A stretch of 64,000 nt of DNA from Antedon mediterranea (GCF_964355755.1 NC_092672.1:34044437-34108436), one strand, 5' to 3'; shown: positions 11,718-25,220, counted from the first letter of the stretch. A program made the numbers and translations. The notes: generated by a model not told the origin, from the letters alone.

Positions 11718-14463
11718 TCACTTCTGATATCCCAGCAGCTTCATAAACTGCCTCCTTGCTTCATACAGCATGATACTAGCTGTATGGGCAGAGTTTAAAC
11801 TATTCATACCATTGGCCATTGGGATGAAAACTTTACTGCCATCCCGTTCCTCACAAAGTTCAACAGCACACAAACTTAATCCATGACTTTCACCGCCAAT
11901 AACGAGAGCACATGGGATCGTCCAGTCCAAAGAAAAGTAGGGTTCAATCGCAATAATCGGTAAAACTGAAGCTATAATATCTCCAAACCCTTCCGCTGAT
12001 TTCTTCATAATGGTGTTTTTTTTTGGCTGTTCATTTGCAAATTCTGTTCTCTCTCTTGTTGTATAGTTCCCGTCAGCTACATGTACTGTTATGTCCGGGC
12101 TGAGATATGAATTTAATTGATTCCAATTTATATCTGTTTTGATTGGCATTCGGAAGTGCGCACCGCATCCTGCACGGAGCACCTTTGGTTGCCAGATGTC
12201 GACGCAACCTGTAACAAATAAAAATTACTTTTCACTAAAAATAGGTCATAATATGCTATTTATTGTTATAAATATTTAAACCATAGATTACACAAACCTA
12301 TAGTAACAATGACGCTCTCACAGTTCACAGCTGCTGCAGATCGTAACAGCGCTCCCAAGTTACCTGGTTCTCGTATGTTATCGCAAATTAATGTTACTGG
12401 TAAAGCGGGCTCTTCCTGCAGTAAGGACAACTGTTCCATATTTGGTCTTTTACACACAGCTTTTAGAATAAAAAATATGAAACATAAACATTTAAGCTCT
12501 GTCTACACTATCAAACTTTATGTGACAAAAAAATGTGATGTTCCCATATTTTGGTATATCACTACCATATTTGGGCACATCACACTTTTTTTATCAAACT
12601 AGTTTGATACTGTAGATAGAGTTTTAGAACTTTTTTAAAATATCGGGTTTGTCCCGGACTAAGTAAGTAATATATCCTCTGGGAAGAGTAAGATTCCCTT
12701 GATATATATCATATATTACAACTAGAAAGTCACTCCGAGAGTGCATACCTCCGCCTACTGTAAAATTCTCCTACATAAGATTTCTCTGGGGAAAAAAAAT
12801 ATATATATATTTGTGTGTTTCTTAATGCTGTTTGTGATTTAGGCTAATTTCACTACAAGCATGTTTAAGCGAGTTTGGTGTAATGGTTATGTAACAAGCC
12901 TTTCAATTAACAATAGCTTCAGTTGACTAACAATAGAACAGCAACGCGAGAAATCAAACGAGTGAATTTGAAAGAAATAGGTTTTTTAAACTACTCGCAT
13001 CAAAAAAGGTGCACATTAAATAAAATTATGTTTTAAAATTACAAATCACAAGTTATAACTCTTGCCTCTTGTACAAAAATGAAATTTTAATGGAATGGTC
13101 CTTGACCACATATCTATCTGTATATTCATGTTAAAGATCTTGTAATTACTTTTTTAGTAATCCTGCTAACAAACAAACACACGCGACCGATTACATATAC
13201 CTTCTTGGCGGAGGTAAATAATTTGTTCTTAACTGAGCAAATTATGCTTAAATCCCTATTGCACATTAATAAGTAAACTAAATGTAAGAGGTTAATTTTT
13301 TAAGGTGTTGATGAAACCTTCCACAATTTTAAAGGCCATAGATGACAAACTAAATAAAATAAGCAAACCTAAAATGCCCTGTGGTGTAGCAACATCCGTC
13401 CAAAGGTCAATATCTCTTTGTGAAACCTTCGCAAATTTTGCATTCAACGAATCAACTGGTATATCGTCAAGGGCTTCGTGACGACTGAAGTAAATTGTTT
13501 CTATATCTGCTCCTGATAAGATAGCATCTGTCAGTAATCTTTTCCCTTCTAATAACACTTTGCCTGTTCGATCTCTCTCATGTTTTGATTTTACTAACGT
13601 CATCATTTTACTTTATAAAATAAAAAAAAAGATTAAACGGTTAAATGGAAGAATAAAATATAATATATTAAATATAATATATAAAATACAAATTATTATA
13701 TTTTTGGATAATTGAAAATAAAATCGTAAAACTAGTGTTACATATTTATTATATTAGCATTTAAATGCTAATAGTTTTGTTTTAAAATTAAAAAATTATA
13801 TTTATAAGATTGTTGTAACATACCCTAACTGTTTATCGTCAGCTTTCACCTTCTCAAAAATATATCTATGTGAGTGTTTCTTTTGCTGTTCTGCAAAATC
13901 ATTGTTGTAATCAAAGGGATGATGCCCTATCTTGTTGTTTGTTTGGTGGTCTATATCATTAGGCCAAGAAGTTGAAGTGGTAACATCTTCACTTACTAAT
14001 TTACTCCCTGTATGTTTACTTTGACCTAAAAATAGAATCGTTTAAATATTATTAATATGTAACAATAAGAATAAAAGGTCAAACTAAAGAAATTTATTAA
14101 AAATATATATTTTTAATTTTTTCAAAAACACATGCATTCTAGAGTAGGTAGGCCAGAGCTAGAGAGAGGCGCGCCTACTACTACTACTAGACCTATACTA
14201 GAGTTACTAACTAAAACACTCGGCCTATCCTGCATTAGGAGCAGCGGTAGGGCTATCTATTCTAGGCCTGACTGACGGACTACGGCGAGGCCTAGCTAGC
14301 TATAATATATAATATTACGCAACTTACAAGGTCTCTTTCTTAACTTAGATTTAATCACTCCTCTTCGCATTACTTTATTGCTAATATGAATTAATCTAGC
14401 ATGTTGAATGACCACTATATTATTGACTTTGATAAAAGCATTTTTAATCATGGGCGCAGCCAT
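11718..14463 (-). CDS. MRM3: rRNA methyltransferase 3, mitochondrial (SpoU/TrmH SPOUT family; RNMTL1)
   Basis: Five exons in phase: 14463-14328, 14025-13824, 13610-13369, 12459-12298, 12208-11718. Motifs LLEGKRLL, TPQGI, DNIREPGNLGALLRSAAA, KVLRAGCGAHF, LVIGGESHGL and SLNSA; basic MAAP... presequence-like N-terminus. Confidence 0.93.
12494..12625. mobile_element. MITE family A copy in an MRM3 intron
   Basis: aagctctgtctacactatcaaact...agtttgatactgtagatagagtt. Confidence 0.75.
12720..13217. mobile_element. Helentron/DINE-like non-autonomous element
   Basis: aactag start with subterminal tacctccgcc; terminal taccttcttggcggaggta forms the inverted match and hairpin. Confidence 0.55.
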
Positions 14464-14575
14464 CTTAAATTTAATCGAAGAGAGCCCTCTATAGGCGGAA
14501 TGTATGTTGCGAGGGACGCTCTGTGTGAATTGCTAATAAGTTTTGTTATTTTGTGTTTCAGGACTATTTTCTAGT
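14464..14575. promoter_or_regulatory. Compact bidirectional promoter MRM3/IFT22
   Basis: The divergent ATGs are separated by only 112 bp. YY1-like AAGATGGCTGC spans the MRM3 start; CTCF-like cctatagagggct lies on the minus strand at about 14483-14495. Confidence 0.7.
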
Positions 14576-16865
14576 ATGTTGAAAGCAAAAATTCTAGTTC
14601 TTGGACCTTGCAAGGTAATTTCATTAACTATACTATTGATTTCATCTTAGCAGATTGTCATGCTTATATAAAATCTTCATAAATTTCCATTTCTAATATT
14701 GACCATAAATGCAAGCCTGTTTGTATCTTTGTTCAAGCATTGTTTACCCTACTACTAAAGCAGCTAGTTTGTTTTCCCATCCCAGTGCGAGTCGTTTCGG
14801 CCCTAATCGTACAGTGTATCATGAAAACTCCTTCACACTTTAAATTAAAACTTTGTAAAAATAATATACAGGTACAACTGGATAATATTTCTTATCTATT
14901 AATATTATTTATTTCTCAATCTTGTCTGTAATTTCAGACAATAAATATTTATTTAGGCGCTGCCTATTAGGCCTATATATCGATAACCTTTTTGCTTTTT
15001 TTTATTTCAATTTCAGAGTGGTAAATCAGTACTGTCAAATTTCTTTGCCCAAGCAACAGATTTAGCAGGATCAGAATACAGACCAACTCAAGGTGTTCGG
15101 TAGGGTGCAACTCAATATTAATACTGTACTTGTATGAAAAATGGTGGAGGGCTTAAATACAGTACATAAAGTATTCATCAACTAATCATCAATCAAAGTA
15201 ACAACATTATTTTTTATAATCACAGAACTGTTATTTTGTCATTTAGTATTCTAGAATTTGAAAGTACTAGTCTTCAGAAGGACGGCAAATCATCAACGCT
15301 AGATGTTGAATTATGGGATTGCAGTGGTGACACAAAGTAAGTACTGTAAATACAATTTACTTCATCATGACATACCAAATAAATACAATACACCTCATTA
15401 CACCAAGTTATAAAACTATTTTCTAATTTATATCATTGTTATTTAAAAGGTTTGATGAGTGTTGGCCTTCGATTATGTCAGATGTGAATGGTATAATTCT
15501 TGTTTATAATCATGATCAACCAAACCATGCTCAAGAATTAGAAATGTGGTGAGTCATTTATAATGTTTATAATGACCTTATAAATGTGGTGAGTGGTTTA
15601 TAATAATTATAACGATCTTACAGATTAGTTCTGGTATACTACAACTTTTACTAAATCTTTTACTCAAAATCTTTTCACTCCAATCATCTTTAAATTTAAA
15701 AATATAGGGTTAAATTACTGGCTGTCCCTACAAATGTAGATTGATTGGTCAACTTAAAATAGATTGCAAACTCTAAATCTGTCACTATCAATAATTTATC
15801 ATTTCAAATTAACGAACAAGCACCGTTTGGTGGCAGCACTCGACACGAAGGTGTGGTATGTGTGCAATTCAGCCCAGTAGACTGCAATTCACAGGTTATT
15901 CCCCCATTTTACATTTACCATTGGTTGGAGGCTCACTCCCATTCCCCTTTACAGTAAATGTTGATTTTAGACTACAACAACAACAATATAATAACTACAG
16001 CAGTAGTAATGACTATAATTTTTATGTGTTTAAATTTTAAATGTAAATATGTATAATTATGTTTATATGATGTAGTATGTTTAAGTGGATATTAGCCCTT
16101 GATGGCATTGCAGCAATTAAGAAATTGAATTGAATAGACATCTTCTACTTTTATCTGTGACTGACAAGGACAAAAGATGACCAGAGGAAGTTCTAAGTTG
16201 CTAATATTACTGTCTTCTTATCTTTGATAGGTTTACAACGTTTGTAGCACAGCAAGGACTGAAAGAATCTCAATGCCTTGTTATAAGCAACACCAAACCA
16301 ACAACCAGTGAAAGGTCTAAAACACAACTATGTAAGGCAGACTGTATACATTCACACCTAACTACAGTATATAGCATTTCTTATTTACACCTTGTTGTAC
16401 ACAACTTTATGAACAGATAATGGACTTTTGGATTTATCAACAGATAACAAACTAATTAAAATTTGCCGCTTTAAATTAATACTAAATATTGAAATGATTA
16501 TTTGTCCATAATAAAATAACAATAGAAATTCATCTTAAAGATTGGCAAATATTAGTACGATAAAAAACAGATAATATAAAATATAAAACAAAAATTCATA
16601 TACAGAGTACACACACAATATTGCACAAAACTTAAGTTTTAAAATGCGGTTACAATTTAGAAGTAAAATCTGATAAAAATGCTTAATTGAAGAATTTCTA
16701 TTTTATTATTTTACAGCGTCCGTTATTTCACAGCTTAATCGGGTGACTGTGAATATAGAAGAGAACTCAGAGGGCGCCAAGAAGGAGTTTCAATTGTTTG
16801 TTGGCCGACTAAGAGGCTACCTTAGCGCCAAAAGAGACCAAGAAGAGCTTAGCATTATACAATGA
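14576..16865 (+). CDS. IFT22: Intraflagellar transport protein 22 (RABL5)
   Basis: Six exons: 14576-14614, 15017-15099, 15247-15336, 15450-15548, 16231-16331, 16717-16865. They translate to MLKAKILVLGPCKSGKSVLSNF...YRPTQGVRILEFE...ELWDCSGDTKFDECWP...KRDQEELSIIQ*, recognisably IFT22. The ORF track missed it because the exons are short. Confidence 0.95.
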
Positions 16866-17397
16866 ACAGTGACTGAAGCCATGTCTACACTATCAAAAAG
16901 TGTGATGTGCCCAAATATGGTAGTGATATACCCAAAAATGGTCGTGGTATGACATCATCATGTCTATATATGGGCACATCACATTTCTTTGTCACAGATA
17001 CAGATACAGATAACTTTTATTGTCCAAATAAACTGGAAATTGCATTTGCTCACTTATCACATAAAAATATCGTATAAAAATATCGTATAAAAATAAAGTA
17101 TAAAATGCAGAATAACAATATAAAAATACACAATGATTAAAAAAGTACATCATAAAATTACAGCTCAAAAATATTTAAGTTAAAAATACAGATCATTACA
17201 AAACGGTTTAAAGTATAGACTGTGACTTAAGAGATATGTGAAGTGCTTAGCCTCATCTGAAATACAAAATGTATTATTTATTTAGTTTTTATATCACTGG
17301 ACACTGTTTAGAGTGTCTATATTGTATGAGATATGTTACTGGATACAGTACGTGGTATAAACTGTCTGAACCAATCAGGTTACAGTTTAAGACTCTA

Positions 17398-17561
17398 AAG
17401 CTATGTCTACACCATCAAACTAGTTTGAAAAAAAAACGTGTGACGTATCCAAATATAGTAGTGATATGCTTAAATATGGTAGTGATATGACATCATCATG
17501 TCCATACTGTATATGGGCACTTTTTTTTGTCACATAAAGTGTGATAGTGTGGACAGAGCTT
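17398..17561. mobile_element. MITE family A copy (a partial copy also lies at 16877-16995)
   Basis: aagctatgtctacac...gtgtggacagagctt. Confidence 0.75.
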
Positions 17562-18770
17562 TAGAGATGCTATCTTATAACAAAGAGATATTCTAACCTT
17601 GTTTTACATAGCATAGTCAATTTCAAAAAGGCTGTACTTGGCTAGTAAATATATTTTTTTAATTTAATTAATTTTGCAATGCAGAAGCTGATATATAATG
17701 ACATTAAATATTAAACCCAAGAATAAATAATACCAATAATTGACAAACTCTATCGTAATACTGGTAAAGTTAATTTTGTATACACAACTGGAAGAGTAAC
17801 CAATCACAAACATTAATTTATATGCTGTTTGGTACTTTGGTTATTAATTCAATTTTTAACAACATTGTATATTGTATTGTTTGGTTGTTGGAAATAGTGC
17901 AATTGGTATAAAATAATATTCTATTATTGTATTCTTAGGTCTTATTGGTTGTATTCCACTCTATATAGGTTAGTTGACTTAAGTTTTAACATACGTTTTA
18001 CTTATGATTTATGTAAACAATGTTTTGAAAGATAGCTTTTCAAAATAAATATATTTAACTGTATAAATAGTGTAAAATATTTTCTGAAATGTATACCATC
18101 AAAATGGTATAGATGTGGAATAAAGTAAAATTGCAAAAGCACGTCCAATTTTCTTTCAATTTTTGTCTTTATAAAATATAAACCCACAATTATATTATTA
18201 AACCCCTTTATCATAATGGTTGTGACCACTATGGGAGGTACCCTGGACATTCAATGAACATGTGCACGTTGTACGTCACATGATAGTGAGGTATTATTCT
18301 AGTTTGCACTTATGCCTTATGACAATATATAAAAAAAGCTTTTAATAACAAATTATAATACCATATTTATAAATAACCATACGTTTGTCTAAAAAGATAT
18401 ATTTTGTATACAAATTTCTCCCAAATTAATACTTATTGTTTGTGGTTTCTTTATATATCAGACATTCCAAAATAGAAAGAATGGGGTACGTACGAAAGAT
18501 CAATCAGTTGTAAGCCGAAACGACATCATACGCCCACAAAAGGTAGTAAATAGATTACGTCATGGTGTTTAGACTTACATGATTGGCTCTTATCAGGCAA
18601 GTCAACTATTGACAAAGGGGTGGTATCAATTTATTTAGTAATCTTTTCAATATTTTAAAGTGTACAAACATTAGTTTTATAAACTAATATGGTGAATATA
18701 ATACAGATATTTTTTTGATCTGAAATATGATTTTAATCACCATTTTCTTTAAAAGAAGTTTAACTTGATT

Positions 18771-18776
18771 CACGTG
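18771..18776. promoter_or_regulatory. Canonical E-box upstream of MNT
   Basis: CACGTG about 200 bp before the MNT ATG; a second copy lies inside coding exon 1. Confidence 0.4.
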
Positions 18777-18978
18777 GTTTGATTATAATTGGTATCGCCT
18801 GTCACAATATGCAAATTACAAGCGTCCTGTAGGAAGGTAAACTTTGACGTGATTGAAGGCGCGCCATGGCGATTTAAGGGTGAAAATATCTGTTTTGAAT
18901 TGAATTTTGTGTATTTTGGTCATCCTACATAAAATAGAAACAAAATACAACCACACTAAGCGAAAAGCTACGGAAGAT

Positions 18979-21900
18979 ATGAGTATTGAGACGTTACTGG
19001 AAGCCGCCAAGTTCGTTGAGCTCAACCCGTATTCGCAACATACACGTGGAGATGTTGAAGTAGGTGAGTAATGATATTTTTCAAAGCACATGTAATGCGT
19101 GACAAGCTTATTTACATCGTCACTCTCTGCATGCTCACGTTTCTCCTTGGTATATCGTCCTAACGTTTCCGTGAGACAGTTTATCATTTTAATTTAAACA
19201 AATTAATCGTCACTCATATTATGAATCTGTTCTTTCTTAATGTATTACTGTTTTAATGGTTTATGTTTTTTATCATAATCTACTTGGTCACGTTTTCTGA
19301 CCTTGCACATCAAACGACAATTACCGGCTATTGGAATGTTCCATTTTCTTTAAAGGGGTTATTACGAAAACACTTCCGTCTAATACTGTGGGATTGAAAA
19401 CAAAAGAAAAAAATATATCACCAAGTTATTTAACACAAGTCAAGAGTTCAGGTAAACATCTAAAACCACAGCAAGTTAGCCAAAAGGGAAAACCAGATTC
19501 ACACCGTGATGATGCTGATTTTGATGATGAGACAGAATTGTCATCATCTGGTAATTTGAGTAATTCAGATGTCTCTGGCTATATGTCTGATAAACGACGA
19601 CAAGGAGGGTAAGGATGATTTATTTTTATGAAGAAAAACAATTTAAAAAATGGCACATTTTTTTTTGCACATGTTTGTGGTACACATTATTTTAAATGTG
19701 TAATTTTTAACAAATTAAAAAGCATTAAATTATTTTTTACAAATAATATATAAAAAACAAGTTCGCTTAAAAAGAATTCCTTGTTCATAAAAAACAATTG
19801 CTGCGTATCTATATAACATAATAGGCATTTAGTAGTCCACACTGCCATTTGGTAAATACAATCTAAAGATCTTAGAAACAACTATTATTATTTATACTTC
19901 AATTTAAATATTGGACTTTCAGGGCTGGAACCAGAGAAGTTCATAACATCCTTGAGAAAAATAGGTATGTTATTATTATGTTACATCACAATGGACTTAA
20001 TGATGATTTGTTCAAACTGATCATGTTACTTGAGATTAAGGCCGTGTTTCCGCAGCCATAACAAAATTATCGGTTAATTTTTAACCAATCAGATAATTAA
20101 AGATGTATTGTCCCCTAAAACATGAAAAATAAAGATTAATAAATCAAACTTTGAATAAATTATTTTGTAATTTTTAATCAAGTTAATCACTTCCGTAGAA
20201 AAAAAACTGAATGTTTTCATGTTTTCACTTATGAAATGACAAAATAAATGGTTAAATTCAACCAAAAACCCATTGGCTGGCAGCCAATTTGACTATTTGT
20301 TGCTTTAAATTACAGTTTTTTAGGTTATTACATTTTTTTGGATCTAATTTTTGCTCAAAGTGGATAACTATGAGGTGATATAAAATTGCGTATTAAAAAA
20401 ATGTTTAAGAATTATTTTTTCAGGGCGACAATATATCTTTTAATACAAAAAATAAAGTGCGCATGGTCAGACATTACCGAACAACCAAAATCCCAATGAC
20501 AATGCAACGATTTGTCCTTCAGGTCAAAGGTTAGAAATTATCGTATTTATCCGATAATTATCCGATTTGAATGGGATAATTATCGGTTAATTTTTCTCGA
20601 GTGGAATCGGTTAAACCCCGTTTCCAGTTTGTCGGTTAATTTTTGCCTGCCTATATTTAAACAGTACACATCTTTAAGACTTCAATGCAATTATCATTTC
20701 ATATAAAATAATTTGTTATAGCAGAATTTTCCAAACTATGCCACCCTCATTTGTCTTTCTGTAATGATTATCTTGAGGTATCTCAAATTATGACATTTTC
20801 CTGATAAGAAATTCATAACATAAATTTATTGGATTGGATCAATACATTGTAAATGTAATCGGCATACATTGAAAATGTAATCAGCATACATTTGCATAAA
20901 CTTACCACAACTGTAGGTACTCATTTATATACAGGTATAACAATTGTATTATATCATAAAATAATCACTAATATTTTTAAAGTAAGACATTGTAATAATT
21001 AAAACATGAATATTGTTTTTAACTTTTATCAATTATGATAGACGGGCCCATCTGAAAGAATGTTTTGAAGGTTTACGTTGTCAGATTCCAAATATGCAAG
21101 ACCACAAGGTTTCCAACCTGAGCATACTACGAGGTGCTTTTAGATTTGTGCAGGTAATGTCAACATTATTCTACTGCAGTTATTGCAGGAGAATTCTTTT
21201 TTACAGTCTGTTAAATTTGTAAATAATAATACGAGCGGTTAATTGCTAATCAAACTGATTTTTAAGTCGAGAAACATAGTTTTGTATTGTATTTTTTGCT
21301 TAACAATTTTAGAAATGTGTAGCAATAAGGTTGTTTTGTATAGCTTTTTGCTATGCTACACTGGTGAAAATGTTCCCTGGTTAAGACAGTGAAACCGTAA
21401 TTACGTAGCCATAACATCGGCTCCATGGTTTGGATAAGGACTATAAACCGTAGATCCAGTGTAAATATCTAGCACATGTGCACTTTAAAGAACCTATTAC
21501 ATCTTTTTGGATCTTACCCCGGTGTACAAGCTCATTCACAGCCACTATCACTCACAGCCACTGATCATAACTGGGCCCTGTGGGAGACCAATCTTTGACT
21601 GAAGAGGTCACCCAGTATAAATAAATAATACATTTTTTTTTTTAATTAAATAAAGCTACTGTCATATAAAAATTATTGTTTCTAGATTCTAAAGAGAAAA
21701 GAGAAGGAACTAGAACATGAGTTGGATCGTCTTGCCCGTCACAAGATAGAGATGCAGGGACGTCTGGTTGAGTTGAGTTTAGATAACAAAGACAAAAGTA
21801 ATAAAAAGTTTAAAACTACCAAAAAACCTGCTAGAAAAAAGAGAGTGAAGAAAGCGGAAAGAAAAAAGAAAGTGATTGTAGTGCCTAAACAGGAGGAGGA

Positions 21901-23842
21901 GGATGACGGGGCTTCAACATCAACAGCTTCAGGTAGGTCATATCTTTAAAGATATGGACATGATATTATTACCATGTTTGGGAATATCACTACCATGTTT
22001 GGGAATATCACTACCATGTTTGGGAATATCACTACCTTGTTTGGGCATATCACTACCATGTTTGGGCATATCACTATCATATTTGGGCACATCACACTTT
22101 ATTTGTCAAACTAGTTTGATAGTGTAGATAGAGCTTAATTGTATGTTTTGAAAGTATGTTGTTGACATTTGGCGACCTTTAATTTTCATGACAAGCTACA
22201 CTAGAAGTTTAATATCATTTATCTCTAATGAGTGTAATGAACATATGAGTTTAAACTGCATCAATTATGACCTGTCTTAATATGTCTTCAATGTATAAAC
22301 ACGACTAATAATTGAAACCGCATTCTCTCTTTTGGAAAAGGATTTTGTATCAATGTTGTATTTTATATTATTGTACTTGTCAGTGGCCTACATACTGTTG
22401 AATGAATAAATAAACTGACCCAAACTGTTGTTGAATATATTTTAATTTATTGACAAAGATGAAGAACATTGTTTTTTTTTACTTTAGAAGCAGAAGAGGA
22501 GGAGAGGAAGTCTCGAGCTCAGTCGCCAATTTCTGGCACGCTACCACTAAGAGAACCAAAGCCAGGAACGCAGCTGCAGGTAATGTTGACTACCAGTAAC
22601 CAATCACCACGCTCAATGGCACATGCTAGTGTGATACACAGCACTGGACAACCAAAACAACCGCTAAAAGTTGTTCCTCGCTCGGCTCCGGTTCCTCCAT
22701 GTCTGCCGACAGCGGTCGTTGCCGGTAATGGTCACAGTGCCAGTAACAATAATGGAACACTGTTAGCGACCGATAACGTGACTGGTTTGCGGCCAACTGT
22801 TAGCCAGCTGTTGAATAATAATCCAAGTGTTGGGAAAATCCCGCAAATGAATGTGCCTAGTGTTGTGCCAAAGTTACATATCATTCATACAGGCAACCAG
22901 GTAGGGCATAAACAGCAACCATCTATAGTGGTAACACAGCCAACAGCAGGCACTATGTTGACAATGACTGTTAATCAATCGCCTAGCAATGTGTCAAATT
23001 CTGGGACCAGTCGCAATGGCTGTCCAACTATGCTAGCTTCTGCACTGACTGGTCACATTGTACATGCCACAGGTAACCAGGGAGCAAAAGCTAAAGTTTC
23101 AGGGACACAATCAAAATTAACTAGCTCTCTGATTACCACAGCTGTTGGCCAGTCAGTCATGGCCTCATTGACCGCACCAAGCATTTTCAGTGCAACTACT
23201 GCTCGGCCTGGAGTTGGCGCTGCAACCCTGCAAGCTCCTTACACACAGATACCATTTAACCCTGCGATGACGCAGGTGTTGTTGACGCAGCAGCCTTCGA
23301 TCGCAGCGTACACACTTTCTAGACAAACGGCATTTAGTCCTACCATTATACGACAGACACTGACACCGGTGACTTCAAAGTATGCATCAAATTCAACACC
23401 AGCGGTCACGATAATGACCACGTCACAAAAGACGGTAGTGTCACCAAAGAGCATGTCAACAACAGCATCTACAGTTACAAAAGATGTTCGTATGAACCAA
23501 CCGACGACAGCAGTCATAGTACCAGCGTCGCAAACCATTAACGTTCCCCACGTTTTTCCAACAACATACCTACAAACCATACAACCTGGAGTTCAAAGGT
23601 TACCGATTCAACAGCCCACCATTCAAACTACTACCAGCAATGGAACACCTGTTTTAAAAGCCTATCATTCAATGTACATACCAAGGTTCCGAACAATAGG
23701 ATCGGTTATCAATAACCAAAGACCGATAATCTCCGGTAACGGAGTCGGTCCAAAGATGGTCACCCAGGCAGGTAACGGGAATACAGCAACATTTATTGTG
23801 CAACCAACACTCGTGAACACGGTTGAAAAACAAAAACATTAA
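18979..23842 (+). CDS. MNT: MAX-binding transcriptional repressor MNT (SID + bHLH-Zip)
   Basis: Six exons: 18979-19063, 19356-19608, 19923-19964, 21042-21153, 21686-21932, 22488-23842. N-terminal SID MSIETLLEAAKFVE; bHLHZ GTREVHNILEKNRRAHLKECFEGLRCQIPN...SNLSILRGAFRFVQILKRKEKELEHELDRLARHKI; ASTSTASE motif; long S/T/P/Q-rich tail. Confidence 0.95.
20097..20442. mobile_element. TTAA-flanked TIR element (Kolobok- or piggyBac-like MITE)
   Basis: ttaaagatgtattgtcccct ... agggcgacaatatatcttttaa; a related copy lies at about 37695-38000. Confidence 0.5.
21375..21630 (+). mobile_element. Deu/Nin-domain-like tRNA SINE (tail type 1)
   Basis: ggttaagacagtgaaaccgtaa head remnant, core ggataaggactataaaccgtag, tail shared with 1335-1445. 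Confidence 0.65.
21950..22136. mobile_element. MITE family A right half with an internal 20-bp tandem expansion
   Basis: About six copies of atatcactaccatgtttggg(a/c), then caaactagtttgatagtgtagatagagctt. Confidence 0.75.
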
Positions 23843-25084
23843 ACAGTTTACTTTATAAGAAAAATTATACGAATCGTGTGAAAAAATAAAAAAAAGTATA
23901 TAAAAAAAAAGTATGTCTAATCATGGAGGAAAAAATAAATTATTTTTTCCTTATGGCCTAATCACATGCCCTATTATTTGTTTGCAGCATCATGTTAATT
24001 CATTGTGTGGAAGTTGGTACATGCTTCCCAACTATTCCCCGACACAGTGGTGGTTTCTAGGTTAACGACCGGCGAAGCATCACTGAGTGGGTTGTGGGTC
24101 ATAGCATATCAAAATCCCCATATTAAGTTGAGAGGTAAAATCTACACATGCTTATTAATATTTGAAAACATACTGACTGTAATAAGTTTCAATGTCATTT
24201 AAATCAGGCTAAAAATTATGAAACTGTTTTGGCTTATAATTGCAATTCCAAATTATTCCAATAAATCTTTTGCAGTGGTTGATGCAACCGAGACCCACTG
24301 ACGAAATATGGGAAAAAATATTTAGCAGACAATAACATTGCTATATATTCATTTATTATAGGATTACAGTATCAATTAAAGTAAATTAGTATTGGTGCTT
24401 TATGACGAGGTGGTGAATAAATTTTAGAAAACCTACAGAGTATATTATTTGTAGTACATCGCCCTCTGTAGTTTTTTGATAAAATTACAGGCTACTCTAG
24501 AAGTTTTTAAGTTGCTAAATGTCGCCCTCTTCACTAAAAGAATATTAATATTTGTTACATAAATATCTAGAAGTTGTTTATTTTATGTTTAGTGAATATA
24601 ATATTAGGAATCGTAGTTCTCTGTAACATTTAAGAATACAATGACGGTAAACAAAATACAGTAATATACCAATTATGTTTTATATTTACTCATAGTATTT
24701 TTTACGGAAGTATGTATTATAAAATGGTGTTTTTTTATCCTAAATTACAGCCATACTAATTTATGGAAAGTTAAATTAATAATGTGTATTTAATATTATA
24801 GTGATCACCCATATAAAACAAGTTTGTAAAATATACCTCCAACTTTGAAGAATTATGTAAAGAAATGATATTAGTGTGAAGTATATACAGTAAAGAACGC
24901 ATATATTATAGTTTGTGTCATTGTAATATTGTTTTATAAAGATTGATGTTTATAGTATATTAACAGTTTTAAGTCATATCAGCTTAAACCTTGGTTCCCG
25001 TTAGATGATTTATCGTGTCATGATTGGTCAAATTACTTGCATTTTGTTCTAGTGTGTACTAAGCTTAAACTATCTATAATATTT

Positions 25085-25220
25085 ACATCTTCAAACAATT
25101 GCTGAAAGCCCATCTCATTTCGAATAGCATATGAAATGACGCAATTTCAACCTTGTTTCGAGCCTTGTGGACGTAGCGTAGCGTAGTGTTATTTCGGTTA
25201 AGCGCTATACAAAAATTATT
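25085..25220 (+). mobile_element. Possible L2/CR1 LINE 3'-end remnant
   Basis: ttcaaacaattgctgaaagcccatctc reads FKQLLKAHL, like the FKxxLKTHL end of L2 ORF2, and is followed by aagcgctatacaaa. Confidence 0.35.

Noticed and set aside
11703-11720. Stop-codon readthrough or selenocysteine at the MRM3 TGA into the duplicated segment
   Set aside because: The duplicate is out of frame with the CDS, a TAG follows within 12 codons, and no SECIS-like structure was recognised.
21903-22127. ORF with LPCLGIS repeats
   Set aside because: Translation of the tandem expansion within a family A MITE in an MNT intron.
23239-23580. 113-aa minus-strand ORF (similarly 3686-4027, 18816-19187, 12309-12602, 58409-58800, 63269-63652)
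   Set aside because: Each is antisense to a well-supported exon and has no independent evidence.
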